64,000 nucleotides of DNA, taken from Candidatus Latescibacterota bacterium (lineage in GTDB: Bacteria > Latescibacterota > UBA2968). Both the position numbers and the translations under genes were made by a program. This document shows, one piece after another, positions 27,782 through 37,799 of the stretch. Numbering within the stretch: position 1 is the stretch's first letter; each line of letters begins with the position of its first letter. Under the pieces are notes generated by a model. It saw only the letters and a list, made by a program, of their open reading frames with translations. It did not search any database and was not told where the DNA came from. Location of the stretch: NCBI GenBank assembly GCA_965116885.1, contig OZ220741.1:1568001-1632000 (forward strand). The letters are read 5' to 3'.

Positions 27782-28648
27782 CTATTTTAAGCCCAATTGT
27801 GCGCGGTAGGCGATGTCTTCAACTTTGTTTTTGTTCCAGTAGTCGATCATTGTAGCATGCGTTTTGCGCGCTGTGGTCGTGGTCCAGCGGCCCCGGCGTT
27901 GCGTGGATTCTTCCCAGCCGAGGATGGCGTGGGGATAGTTTTTTTCAAAGGTTATGGCGAGTTTGCGGCCGATAGAGGTGTAGGTGAGGGTGTAAACCGA
28001 GGTCTCGTCGTCTGTGGTGAGTTTTGCATTGGCGGTCTGGACATCTGGGAGGGTGTGTGTCAGGCGCTGGAATAGCATGCCGGGGATGATCTGGATTTCA
28101 CCTGTGGGCAAGCGCTCGGGTGCCAGTCGGATGCGCGTCCAGATTTCGTCTTCGAGGATGGCGCTGGGCAATGTGAGGTCGCGGTCGCCATCGCTTTGAA
28201 AATAAGATCGCAGTGTGGCTTTGTATTTGCCGTCGCGATGGTTTATCTGGGCAAAGGTGTGTCCGCACCATTCCTGAGCTGTGCTGGTGACTTTGAGCGT
28301 GCGTGTTTGGTCGGGGGCTACGGGTGTGAATACAGAGGTCATGATGGAGTAGGGATAGAGGCCCGTTGTGAATTGGCGCATGGCGTTGAGTTTGAGTACG
28401 GAGGTGCTCGGCCCGTCGCCGCGTTCGTGCTTTACGTGTTTGTCTGTGAGAAAGTTCTCGGTTACGAAGATGAGTACGGCGTCGCCGTCATAAACACCGC
28501 GATATTGCGCCTGTTTGAGTTCATAGCGGGTGATTTCCGCGAGTCCGGCGTACCATTGTTTTTTGAATGCGTCATCCCAGGGTTTTACTTCTGCATGGGT
28601 CGGGGCGATGAAGATGATGGTGAAAAATATGGTGATTAAGTGTCGCAT
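27782..28648 (-). CDS. conserved exported hypothetical protein
   Basis: Signal peptide; WYAGLAEITRYEL.Q, VLKLN, QEWCG. Confidence 0.7.
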   Translation of the reverse strand: MRHLITIFFTIIFIAPTHAEVKPWDDAFKKQWYAGLAEITRYELKQAQYRGVYDGDAVLIFVTENFLTDKHVKHERGDGPSTSVLKLNAMRQFTTGLYPYSIMTSVFTPVAPDQTRTLKVTSTAQEWCGHTFAQINHRDGKYKATLRSYFQSDGDRDLTLPSAILEDEIWTRIRLAPERLPTGEIQIIPGMLFQRLTHTLPDVQTANAKLTTDDETSVYTLTYTSIGRKLAITFEKNYPHAILGWEESTQRRGRWTTTTARKTHATMIDYWNKNKVEDIAYRAQLGLK

Positions 28649-28747
28649 GGCGTGCTCCTGTTGAGGGAAACGGGTGGCGCTACGTGGTGTAAGTTGTATA
28701 TTGGTACAGATGTTAAGCAGGCATGAATATAACTATGGAGTGATAAT

Positions 28748-30244
28748 ATGCGACCGAATTTTTTGATTTTTTGCGTGGATCAGATGCAGGCGTATTGCAT
28801 GGGTTGCAGTGGGCATCCGGATGTGCAGACCCCCAATCTGGATCGTTTGGCGGGAGATGGGGTTTTGTTTCGCCGCAATTATTGCTCGCATCCGGTGTGC
28901 CAGCCGTCGCGGGCTTCTTTGATTACCGGGTTGACGCCTTCGCAACACGGGTTGATACAAAATGGCATGAGTTTGTCCGAAGAGATGCCGACTGTGACCG
29001 GGGCGTTGTCCGAGGCGGGGTATCGCACGCATGCGGCGGGCAAGTTGCATTTGCAGCCTTTTTCGGGCGGTGATTCCTGGGAGAACCGATATCGGTGGTA
29101 CAGCGGTGAGGTGACCCATTTGCCCGAGGGGTATTACGGTTTTGGCGAGACGGATTATGTGGGTGGGCATGTGAATTACGTTTGTGGGGATTATCGAAAT
29201 TGGTTAGAAGGAGAATATCCGGATGTCGCGCAAAAGGATCATCCGGAAGACGGTCCTTCAACATGTGTTCCCTATGCTCAGTTTTCGGCGTATCAGAATT
29301 TTGGCTACCAGACCTGGAAGATTGATCAAATTCCGGCTGAGTTGCATTACAATCACTGGATTGCAGATCGCACGATGGCTTTTATAGATGGTTTGGACGC
29401 GGGTGAAAATTTTTTTGCGTGGTGTTCTTTTCCAGATCCGCACCATCCTTTTGTGGCTTGCAAGCCGTATAGTGAAATGTATGATCCCGGGGCTTTAACC
29501 CTGCCGGAGACGTTTGTTGTTGACGAAGATCCAGATTCTGATAGTTTGCTGCGGAGGGTTGGTCCCGCCTGGTTTGATGGCGATGAGGCGGATTTGCGGC
29601 AGGTGATGGCGCAGACTTATGGCATGACTTCGCATATTGATGATAATGTGGGTCGCGCGATTGATTTTTTGCAGGCGAAGGGTTTGTACGATCATACGGT
29701 TATTGCGTTTATCGCAGATCACGGCGAGTATCTGGGGTCACACCATTTATGGCATAAGACGCCCTATCAGTGGGAGGAGTTGCTGCGCGTGCCGTATATT
29801 TGGCGGGTGCCTGGGGGACAGACGGGTGTTTGCGATGATGTTGTGAGTAATCTGGATCTTGTGCCTACTGTGCTGGATTATGCGGGGATAGATCAAGTTT
29901 CTATGCGTTTTCGACGCGAGGATTGGGCTGTTGAGGGTTTTGAGTTGCCCGGGCGTTCGTTGAGAGGTTCTATTAATGATGGCGCGGATATGTCCGACCG
30001 CGCGGCTTTGGTGGAGATGGGGTCCATGCGGACGTTGATTACGGAGCACTATAAAATTGTGGTGGATGCCTCGGGCATTGGGCATAATGTGCTGGTGGAT
30101 CTGGAAAATGATCCACGCGAGAAAGTAAATTTGTGGGATCGTTCGGAGGCGCGGGATGTGAAAGCGGATCTTTTGACGCGTTTGATGCGGGAGTGTATTC
30201 GCTGTACGCGTGTGGATAATCCCAAAATTACACCTGGTGCATGA
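28748..30244 (+). CDS. sulfatase
   Basis: CQPSRA FGly motif, GKLH, PHHP, DHG. Confidence 0.93.
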   Translation: MRPNFLIFCVDQMQAYCMGCSGHPDVQTPNLDRLAGDGVLFRRNYCSHPVCQPSRASLITGLTPSQHGLIQNGMSLSEEMPTVTGALSEAGYRTHAAGKLHLQPFSGGDSWENRYRWYSGEVTHLPEGYYGFGETDYVGGHVNYVCGDYRNWLEGEYPDVAQKDHPEDGPSTCVPYAQFSAYQNFGYQTWKIDQIPAELHYNHWIADRTMAFIDGLDAGENFFAWCSFPDPHHPFVACKPYSEMYDPGALTLPETFVVDEDPDSDSLLRRVGPAWFDGDEADLRQVMAQTYGMTSHIDDNVGRAIDFLQAKGLYDHTVIAFIADHGEYLGSHHLWHKTPYQWEELLRVPYIWRVPGGQTGVCDDVVSNLDLVPTVLDYAGIDQVSMRFRREDWAVEGFELPGRSLRGSINDGADMSDRAALVEMGSMRTLITEHYKIVVDASGIGHNVLVDLENDPREKVNLWDRSEARDVKADLLTRLMRECIRCTRVDNPKITPGA

Positions 30245-30275
30245 TATCGGGTATTTTTCAAATAGAGGAGATGCT

Positions 30276-31682
30276 ATGGCTAACAAACCAAATGTTATTG
30301 TCTTTTTTACAGATCAACAGCGCTGGGATTGCATGGCAGCGCATGGTAATCCATTGGGGATTACGCCGAATCTGGATCGCGCGGCTCAGCACGGGACGCA
30401 TGTGTACAATAGTTTTACGTGTCAGCCTGTGTGCGGTCCGGCGCGTTCGTGTTTGCAGACGGGGATGTACGCGAGTGAGACGGGGGTGTATCGCAATGGG
30501 ATTGGGCTGAATCCGGATCACAAGACGCTTGCGCAGTGTTTTAATGATGCGGGTTATCACACGGGGTATATTGGGAAGTGGCATCTGGCGACGACTGGGC
30601 GCGGTTTTGTGCCGGAAGAAGCGCGCGGTGGATACCAGTTCTGGCTCGCGGCAAATGCGCTGGAGGGGACGTCTGATACGTATGATTGCGTTGTTTATGA
30701 CAATGATAATCAGGAGGTGAAGTTGCCCGGTTATCGGGTCGATGCGCTGACGGATGCGGCGATTCGGTATGTGGATGAACATCAGAGCGATCCCTTTTAT
30801 CTGTTTATTTCTTTTTTGGAACCGCATCACCAGAATCATCTGGACGATTATCCGCCGCCAGATGGGTATCGCGAGATGTATGCGGGACGATGGACACCGC
30901 CCGATCTGGCGGGATTGCCCACGCATCCTTCAGCCGAGGGCGAGTATCCCGGCGCGGTTCCCACGGGGGGGAGTACGCAGCAGCATTTGGGTGGGTACTG
31001 GGGTATGATCAAGCGTTTGGATGAGGCTTATGGGCGTTTGCTCGATTCCCTGAAGAGTTTGGGGCTGTTAGAGGATACGATTGTGCTGTTCACTTCTGAT
31101 CACGCCTGCCATTTCCGCACCCGCAATAAGGAATACAAGCGTTCGTGTCACGAGAGTTCTATCCGCACGCCAACGGTGTTGACGGGTGGCCCGTTTACAG
31201 GAGGGGGCACGTTGGGCGAGTTGGTGAGTCTGGTGGATTTGCCGCCGACGCTGTTGGATGGTGCCGGGTTGGAGATTCCCGATCAGATGTCGGGGCGTTC
31301 CGTGCTTCCCATTTTGGGCGGTGGTGGGAAATCACTTGCAGATCCCTGGCCGGATGATGTGTTCGTGCAGATTTCAGAGAGCGGTATTGGTCGCGCTGTT
31401 CGCACAAAGCGATGGAAGTACGCGGTCCAAAGCGATGCGGTGCCGCCCGGTGCAGAGGGTGCGAGAAGTTATGAGGAGGCGTATCTCTACGATCTGGAGG
31501 CAGATCCGTACGAGTTGCGCAATTTGATTGGCTATGAAAGCCACCGTCCGGTTGCAGACCGAATGAAGGCGCGGTTGCTCGGCTATATTCGAGATGTTGA
31601 AGGGTATGTTCCCGAAATTGTCGATGCGAAAGAACGACAAGGTGGTCAACGGCGGGTGTCTGATGTCGAGGTTGAGATGTGA
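30276..31682 (+). CDS. sulfatase
   Basis: CGPARS FGly motif, GKWH, EPHHQN, SDH; GAGGAG RBS. Confidence 0.93.
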   Translation: MANKPNVIVFFTDQQRWDCMAAHGNPLGITPNLDRAAQHGTHVYNSFTCQPVCGPARSCLQTGMYASETGVYRNGIGLNPDHKTLAQCFNDAGYHTGYIGKWHLATTGRGFVPEEARGGYQFWLAANALEGTSDTYDCVVYDNDNQEVKLPGYRVDALTDAAIRYVDEHQSDPFYLFISFLEPHHQNHLDDYPPPDGYREMYAGRWTPPDLAGLPTHPSAEGEYPGAVPTGGSTQQHLGGYWGMIKRLDEAYGRLLDSLKSLGLLEDTIVLFTSDHACHFRTRNKEYKRSCHESSIRTPTVLTGGPFTGGGTLGELVSLVDLPPTLLDGAGLEIPDQMSGRSVLPILGGGGKSLADPWPDDVFVQISESGIGRAVRTKRWKYAVQSDAVPPGAEGARSYEEAYLYDLEADPYELRNLIGYESHRPVADRMKARLLGYIRDVEGYVPEIVDAKERQGGQRRVSDVEVEM

Positions 31683-31687
31683 AAGGC

Positions 31688-31768
31688 ACCCCTCCCCCGG
31701 CCCCTCCCCGATACGGGGAGGGGAGACCTGGTTCCCCCTTCCTCGTAGGAAGGGGGTTAGGGGGTAGG
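31688..31768. repeat. CCCCTC-type nested palindromic REP-like element
   Basis: Two hairpins (CCCCTCCCCG/CGGGGAGGGG; CCCCCTTCCT/AGGAAGGGGG) inside complementary ends. Confidence 0.65.
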
Positions 31769-31796
31769 TCCTATATGTATCAGGAGGCGATGAGAG

Positions 31797-32816
31797 ATGT
31801 ACATTCAAGATCAGGTTCATTACGATAATTTGGACGACGATATTTTGAGTTTTTACAGAGCGATTAGCGTGGATTCGATTCACCTCGAGTTGCGGGGCGG
31901 TAGGCCGTCTGCAAAATCGGCGAAGCGCAGTGGCACGGGTGTGGCGAATACGGCGCTGGCACAGCGGATTTACGCAGGAGAGGATTGTACGGAGGAATTT
32001 GAAAAGGCGCGGGAGTTGGTGGAATCCCATGGTATGAAGTTGAATAATATTTTTATGCCGTGCTGGGAGGAGATTGCGCTGGCAATGGAGGATCGAGATG
32101 AGAAGATCGGTTTCTGGTGTCAGATGCTGGAGTCGCTGGGTAGGGCGGGGATTCCGTGTTTGGGCTGGAATTTCAAGCCGATGGGGAATTTTCGGACGCC
32201 TTCCGATACGGGTCGCGGTGGGGTGAGATATAGTACGTTTGATTATGACTATTTTAGTCAGAATCGTCCAGAGCAATTCGATCCGCCTGTTTCCGAGGAG
32301 ACGATGTGGGCAAATATGGAGGCTTTTTTGCAGGCGGTGATTCCCGTTTCAGAAAAGGCGGGGGTGCGTATGGCGCTGCATCCGGATGATCCGCCGATTC
32401 CAGAGCCTCTGGGCGGTATTGCACAGATTTGTTCTTCGCTGGAGCAGTTCAGGCGCACGCTTTTTGAGATTGCGCCGGGCGCGCACAATGGGATGTTATT
32501 TTGCCAGGGGTGTATGACGGAGTTGCTGGGTGAGGGTGTTTATGATGCGATTGCCGAGATGGCTTCGAATAATAAAATTGTGTGGGTGCATTTCCGCAAT
32601 GTACGGGGCCAGTTGCCGCGGTTTGCGGAAGTTTTTATGGATGAAGGCGATATCGATATGAAGCGCGCGATGGCGGTTTATCGCGATAATGGGTTCAATG
32701 GGCCGTATATGATGGACCATACGCCGAGTTTTGCCCATTCTGCATATACGCGATTGCACGGGAAGGCGTATGCGATTGGGTATATTCGCGCGTTGATCGA
32801 TGATGTTTATGGGTGA
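31797..32816 (+). CDS. uxuA: mannonate dehydratase family
   Basis: RMALHPDDPP, FCQG, VHFRNV, DHTP, AYAIGYI. Confidence 0.8.
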   Translation: MYIQDQVHYDNLDDDILSFYRAISVDSIHLELRGGRPSAKSAKRSGTGVANTALAQRIYAGEDCTEEFEKARELVESHGMKLNNIFMPCWEEIALAMEDRDEKIGFWCQMLESLGRAGIPCLGWNFKPMGNFRTPSDTGRGGVRYSTFDYDYFSQNRPEQFDPPVSEETMWANMEAFLQAVIPVSEKAGVRMALHPDDPPIPEPLGGIAQICSSLEQFRRTLFEIAPGAHNGMLFCQGCMTELLGEGVYDAIAEMASNNKIVWVHFRNVRGQLPRFAEVFMDEGDIDMKRAMAVYRDNGFNGPYMMDHTPSFAHSAYTRLHGKAYAIGYIRALIDDVYG

Positions 32817-32848
32817 CTGCGGGCGATTTTTTGATCAAAGGATGATCT

Positions 32849-35125
32849 ATGTTTGGATTTTTGAAGCGGTATATGCACTGGTTGCACACGCGGTGGCCTT
32901 CGGGCACGGTGGAGAAGTTGCCCGAGATGAATGAGGATGGGTCAACGGCGGTGCCCGGGCTTTATATTGTGGGGGATTTGACGGGGATTCCGCTGTTGAA
33001 GTTTTCGTCGGATACGGGGGCGCGGGCAGTGCAGACGATTGCGGATGATGCGGGGTTTGAGAGGCGGACGAATAGGGATGGGGTGCGCGATCTGGTGATT
33101 ATCGGTGGGGGGGTGTCGGGTATGGCGGCGGGTATTGAGGCGAGAAATCGGGGATTGGATTTTGTGCTGTTGGAGGCGTCAGAGCGGTTTTCTACGGTGG
33201 TGAATTTTCCGAAGGCGAAGCCGATTTACACGTATCCGACGGATATGGTTCCGGCAGGTGATTTGCAGTTTTCAGATCGGGCAGATGTGAAGGAGCGGTT
33301 GTTGGATGAGTTGGAGGAGCGGACCGCGGATATCGAGCCGGTGTTTGCGCGGGCGGAGTGCGTGCAGCGGGAGGGGGATGTGTTGCGGGTGGTGATTCCC
33401 GAGGGTGAGGATTTGCTGGCGCACCGGGTGATTGTGGCGATTGGGCGGTCGGGCAATTTTAGAAAGTTAAATGTGCGGGGCGAAGATCTGGATAAGGTGA
33501 TGAACCGGTTGCACGATCCCAAGGATTATGCGGATCAGGATGTGCTGGTGGTGGGTGGTGGTGATAGTGCGCTGGAGACGGCGATTGCAATTGCCGAGTC
33601 TGGTGGGCGGGTGACGCTGTCGTATCGGCGCGCGGAATTGAGCCGTCCCAAGCCCGAGAATGTGGAGAAGATTGAGGTGCTTTCTGGTGGGGAACACTTG
33701 CGAATGGCGCTGGCGAGTGAGGTGAAGGCGATTGGTGAGGATGAGGTGGTGCTTTCGACGGGTGAGGGTGATGAGGCAATGCCCAATGATGCGGTGTTTT
33801 CCATGATTGGGCGCGAGGCGCCGCTGGATTTTTTCAGGCGTTCAGGTGTGCCGATTAGAGGGGAATGGCGCGTGGGTACGTGGGTGTCTTTTGCGCTGGT
33901 TATGCTGGCGTGTGTGTTTGTGTATCACTGGAAGACGGGTGCGGGGATTCCGATTTACGAGTGGTTTAAGGGGGCAGAGCTGTTTCCGTTTAATTTGACG
34001 CCTGCAGAGGATAAGTCGGGTCTTTTCGGGACGGTGTGGACGTCGATGACGCAGCCGGGTTTTTATTATTCGCTGGCTTATTGTGCGTGTGTGGTGGGGT
34101 TTGGGATTCGCAGGATTAATCGACGGCAGACGCCTTATGTGACGGTGCAGACGGTGACGCTGATGGTTATTCAGTGTGTGCCCCTGTTTTTGTTGCCGTA
34201 CATTTTTTTGCCGTGGCTGGGGCACAATGGGTGGTTTTCCGATGGTGCTTTTTTAAAGCCTGTGGCGGATGCGTTGTTCCCGGCGACAGAGTGGGACGCT
34301 CACGGGCGGGAGTACTGGCGGAGTTTGGGTTTTATTCTGGCGTGGCCACTGTTTTTCTGGAATGTGTTTACGAGCCAGCCGCTGGGGTGGTGGTTGGGTA
34401 TCAGTCTGGTGCAGACTTTTGTGGTGATTCCTCTGATTATCTGGCGCTGGGGCAAGGGGGCTTATTGCGGGTGGATTTGTTCGTGCGGGGCACTGGCAGA
34501 GACGATGGGGGATATGCACCGGCAGAAGATGCCACACGGTCCTGTTTGGAATCGGATGAATATGGTGGGGCAGGTGATTTTGGTTCTGGCTTTTGTGCTT
34601 TTGGCGTTGCGGATTGCGGGCTGGTTGTTGCCTTATGATCACTGGGTGAATGCGGGATATATGGGTCTGTTTATGGGGAAGGATGTGAATTGGGGCGGTC
34701 TGATATTTCCGCTGACGTTTTTGAATTATCAGTGGTTTGTGGATTTGTTTTTGGCGGGTATTATTGGGGTGGGTTTTTACTGGCATTTTAGCGGGCGGAT
34801 GTGGTGCAGGTTTGCGTGCCCCCTCGCTGCGCTGATGCATGTCTATGCGCGGTTTTCGCGGTTTCGGATTTTTGCAGATAAGAAGAAGTGTATTTCGTGT
34901 AGTGTGTGTACGTCGGTGTGCCATCAGGGTATCGATGTGATGAATTTTGCGAATAAGGGTTTGCCTATGGAGGATCCGGAGTGCGTGCGGTGTTCGGCCT
35001 GTGTGCAGAGTTGTCCGACGGGTGTGTTGTCGTTTGGGCAGATCGATCCTGCGACGGGTGGAGTCGCCAGGATAGATGGACTGGCGGCGTCGCGAGTGGT
35101 GATGGCAGAGGAGGGGGAAGTGTGA
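32849..35125 (+). CDS. FAD/NAD(P)-dependent oxidoreductase fused to a NapH-like membrane 4Fe-4S domain
   Basis: GLYIVGD, GGGVSG, GGGDSA; TMs; CGWICSCG, CRFACP; two CxxCxxCxxxC ferredoxin motifs. Confidence 0.85.
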   Translation: MFGFLKRYMHWLHTRWPSGTVEKLPEMNEDGSTAVPGLYIVGDLTGIPLLKFSSDTGARAVQTIADDAGFERRTNRDGVRDLVIIGGGVSGMAAGIEARNRGLDFVLLEASERFSTVVNFPKAKPIYTYPTDMVPAGDLQFSDRADVKERLLDELEERTADIEPVFARAECVQREGDVLRVVIPEGEDLLAHRVIVAIGRSGNFRKLNVRGEDLDKVMNRLHDPKDYADQDVLVVGGGDSALETAIAIAESGGRVTLSYRRAELSRPKPENVEKIEVLSGGEHLRMALASEVKAIGEDEVVLSTGEGDEAMPNDAVFSMIGREAPLDFFRRSGVPIRGEWRVGTWVSFALVMLACVFVYHWKTGAGIPIYEWFKGAELFPFNLTPAEDKSGLFGTVWTSMTQPGFYYSLAYCACVVGFGIRRINRRQTPYVTVQTVTLMVIQCVPLFLLPYIFLPWLGHNGWFSDGAFLKPVADALFPATEWDAHGREYWRSLGFILAWPLFFWNVFTSQPLGWWLGISLVQTFVVIPLIIWRWGKGAYCGWICSCGALAETMGDMHRQKMPHGPVWNRMNMVGQVILVLAFVLLALRIAGWLLPYDHWVNAGYMGLFMGKDVNWGGLIFPLTFLNYQWFVDLFLAGIIGVGFYWHFSGRMWCRFACPLAALMHVYARFSRFRIFADKKKCISCSVCTSVCHQGIDVMNFANKGLPMEDPECVRCSACVQSCPTGVLSFGQIDPATGGVARIDGLAASRVVMAEEGEV

Positions 35126-35130
35126 AATAC

Positions 35131-35157
35131 GTAGGGGCGGTGCCCCCGTGCCCGCCC
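35131..35157. repeat. single GTAG-family REP
   Basis: GTAGGGGCGGTGCCCCCGTGCCCGCCC. Confidence 0.75.
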
Positions 35158-35235
35158 GTTTGTTATTTTGGTTAATATAGAGCCGGGGTTAATTTTAACA
35201 GGACTCTGTAGAGAGTTCAATTACAGGAGGGTATA

Positions 35236-35904
35236 ATGTTGAGCGTCATACGTTTGTTGTGTTTGGGGCTGGTGTCATCGCTTGTGATGGCGGATACGGG
35301 TTTTGCCGAGAAGTACCAGATTGATCGATCGCATTCGTCGGTCGGGTTTTCGATTCGGCACTTTGTGAGCCGCACGGCGGGCAGATTTAATCAGTTTAGT
35401 GGCACGATTGATTACGATCCTGCCGCGCCCGAGAAGATGATGATTGAAACGACGATTCAGGCGCGGAGTATTGATACGGGGAATGAGCGCCGCGATGGTC
35501 ATTTGCGCGGTGCAGATTTCTTTGAGGTGGAGACTTATCCGACGATTGCGTTTAAGAGTACGTCGGCTGTGAAGGAAGGGGAAAAAATTCTGGTGACGGG
35601 CGATTTGACGATGCACGGCGTGACGAAGAGTATTACGATGCCGGTGACGGTGCTCGGCATTGGTACGCATCCGCAGCGCGGCACACCTCTGGCTGGTTTT
35701 GAGACCGAATTGACGCTGTTGTGTTCGGATTTTGGCGTGAATAGCTGGGCGAATTTTGCCAATGTGCTGGGGGATGAGGTGCGCGTGAATATCACGATTG
35801 AAGCGGGTCCGCCGAGACAGGCTCGGGGTCAGCAGGGTCGTCGCGGTGGCGGCCGTGGTGGTGAAGGTGGTCGTGGTGGTGGCCGCGGCGGTGGCGGGAA
35901 TTGA
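35236..35904 (+). CDS. YceI family protein with RGG-rich tail
   Basis: ID..HS.VGF.IRH, SIDTG..RRD.HLR..DFF, GDLTMHGVTK. Confidence 0.92.
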   Translation: MLSVIRLLCLGLVSSLVMADTGFAEKYQIDRSHSSVGFSIRHFVSRTAGRFNQFSGTIDYDPAAPEKMMIETTIQARSIDTGNERRDGHLRGADFFEVETYPTIAFKSTSAVKEGEKILVTGDLTMHGVTKSITMPVTVLGIGTHPQRGTPLAGFETELTLLCSDFGVNSWANFANVLGDEVRVNITIEAGPPRQARGQQGRRGGGRGGEGGRGGGRGGGGN

Positions 35905-35922
35905 GTTGCGTAGATTAAAAAT

Positions 35923-35959
35923 TAAAAAAATCCCATCCTGTATTCAGGGTGGGATTTTT
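35923..35959. terminator. bidirectional terminator, direct-repeat copy 1
   Basis: AAAAATCCCATCCTG-N4-CAGGGTGGGATTTTT; duplicated at 37739-37775. Confidence 0.85.
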
Positions 35960-35992
35960 GTTTTGATTTCTCCATAGATGAGGTGCTAACGA

Positions 35993-36637
35993 TCATTGGG
36001 TGATGGTCAGGATCCAGTCGCGGATCAGGTCCAGGACTTCCGGCGAGATGGTTTCTTCGATTACACCGTACTCGCCAATTAGTCCTGTTTTTGCATGTTG
36101 AAACAGGTGGTTGAGGCCCGGTAGGCGGTGAATTGTGACGTTGCTGTTGTTCTCCAGCGCCGCGGCAATGGCGACGAGGTTTTGCCCGGCATCGACCTGG
36201 GTGTCCAATTCGCCGTTTAATGCGAGTACGGGAACGGAAATTTTTTCGAGTGCAGGGCGAGGGTCGTAAGCGAGCAAGTAGCGCATTCCAGGACTGATCG
36301 CTTGTTCAACCGCCATTCTCACCCGGGTTTCGTCCTGTTGTGCGCGGGGAACACCGTTGGTCTCGAATTGATGTCGTACGACTTCCTCGACCTTCTGACG
36401 CAATTCGGCTATGGCGTTGTCGGCAAAATCTGATGCTGTGGGGGGGTGCGGATGCGCTGTGGATCCACCGACGCCGGGGTCGTCAACCCGGAGTACGGCG
36501 ATGCCGGCTCGTGTCAGATGGTCGGCGATTATCAGGAAGGGTTTGTGACCGAATATTTCGCTGTCGCGGTTCTGCGGTCCGCTGCCCGAGATGAGTAATA
36601 CTGCTGGAAAGGGGCCTGTGCCCGAGGGGATGGTCAA
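35993..36637 (-). pseudogene. alpha/beta hydrolase remnant (N-terminal and internal deletion)
   Basis: ISGSGPQNRD, LRVDDPGVGGS, PVLALNGELD.QV and LNHLFQ present; GHSEG nucleophile region absent. Confidence 0.75.
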
Positions 36638-36647
36638 TTCGAATCCA

Positions 36648-37625
36648 TCACCGCGTTGGGCTACTCAACATGATGCTGGTTCTGTCGTCTTTCCATCTAA
36701 GGCCTAATCGTGTATCTTCGGCCTGCTTCCAAGTGATATAGTTAGACGGATCCCTGCTATATGGCCTACCTGCTCCATACTTCAGATTGAATTCATCTTT
36801 GAACATCTGAAAGGCTTTTTTGTCTGGATCTTCTGCGATGCGATATGAGGCCCTACGCAACCTGTACGTGCCCACCTCATCTCGATAGAACGTATAAGAA
36901 AGATCAATATTCAAACCAGATAATGTGCCTGCATATCTCAAAGCCTTGTATTGGAAGTAGGAATCCGTCATTGTGCCTCTGCGTCCTGGAAGCAGTTTCC
37001 AATCTTCCGCTTTTTTTAATTCTTCCACTGTCATGCCCCAATGTACATTGTGCATTTGGAGCTTTTCTGTACCAGCAAAATTGGCGATGAGTTCGGTCGG
37101 TTTTGGCAATTCGGGAAGCTCTATTTCGACTTTTTCTCCCTTGATGGCCTTTTCAAGCATGCCAGATGAGAGTTCTGTTGGATGGAACGACGCGGCGATT
37201 ATGCCCTTTTGGTCGATCACAAATGTCCGTGGGATGCTCCTGATACCATAAGCTTTGAAGACTGACCGATCCGTGTCCAGTCCAATCCACGATTTCATTT
37301 CTTTCTTTTTTAGAAATGGTGCAACCACGTCTTCACCTTCATGGGTTACGGAAATAAATTGCACCGGCTTATCGCGAAATTCTTCGTTTAACTGGTTCAG
37401 ATGTGGGATTGCTGCCACACAGGGAGCGCACCATGTTGCCCAAAATTCCAGGACGACAACGTTGCCCTGTAATGCCGATAGACTTTTTTCACCTTCTGGT
37501 GCTTGTAGAAATTTTTCAATTCCCAATTCCGGCGCAGCCTGTCCAATCAGGCTCTCCTGCGCTATGACACTTGTAGCAAATATCTGAACAATGATTGCGA
37601 TTTTTAGTAGATGAGAGCGATACAT
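36648..37625 (-). CDS. exported TlpA-family thiol-disulfide oxidoreductase with C-terminal extension
   Basis: Signal peptide, EFWATWCAPC, IP.TFVID; AGGAG RBS. Confidence 0.88.
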   Translation of the reverse strand: MYRSHLLKIAIIVQIFATSVIAQESLIGQAAPELGIEKFLQAPEGEKSLSALQGNVVVLEFWATWCAPCVAAIPHLNQLNEEFRDKPVQFISVTHEGEDVVAPFLKKKEMKSWIGLDTDRSVFKAYGIRSIPRTFVIDQKGIIAASFHPTELSSGMLEKAIKGEKVEIELPELPKPTELIANFAGTEKLQMHNVHWGMTVEELKKAEDWKLLPGRRGTMTDSYFQYKALRYAGTLSGLNIDLSYTFYRDEVGTYRLRRASYRIAEDPDKKAFQMFKDEFNLKYGAGRPYSRDPSNYITWKQAEDTRLGLRWKDDRTSIMLSSPTR

Positions 37626-37738
37626 GGGGAGTCTCCTTTTCAAAATTTTGGGGAATAACACACACTCAACACTCACCAGTTCCAAAAAAATATAGGGAAT
37701 TAGATACTAAAAAGCGATAGGCTATTTGCTGGTAGAAA

Positions 37739-37775
37739 TAAAAAAATCCCATCCTGAGTTCAGGGTGGGATTTTT
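37739..37775. terminator. bidirectional terminator, direct-repeat copy 2
   Basis: 35/37 identical to 35923-35959; differences only in the loop. Confidence 0.85.
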
Positions 37776-37799
37776 TCCTTTGTCTCACAATCTTGTGTC

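Noticed and set aside
31374..32276. 300-aa minus-strand ORF and similar long antisense ORFs (e.g. 16248-17156, 25824-26648, 43432-44328)
   Set aside because: They overlap well-supported genes and lack motifs; expected from codon bias
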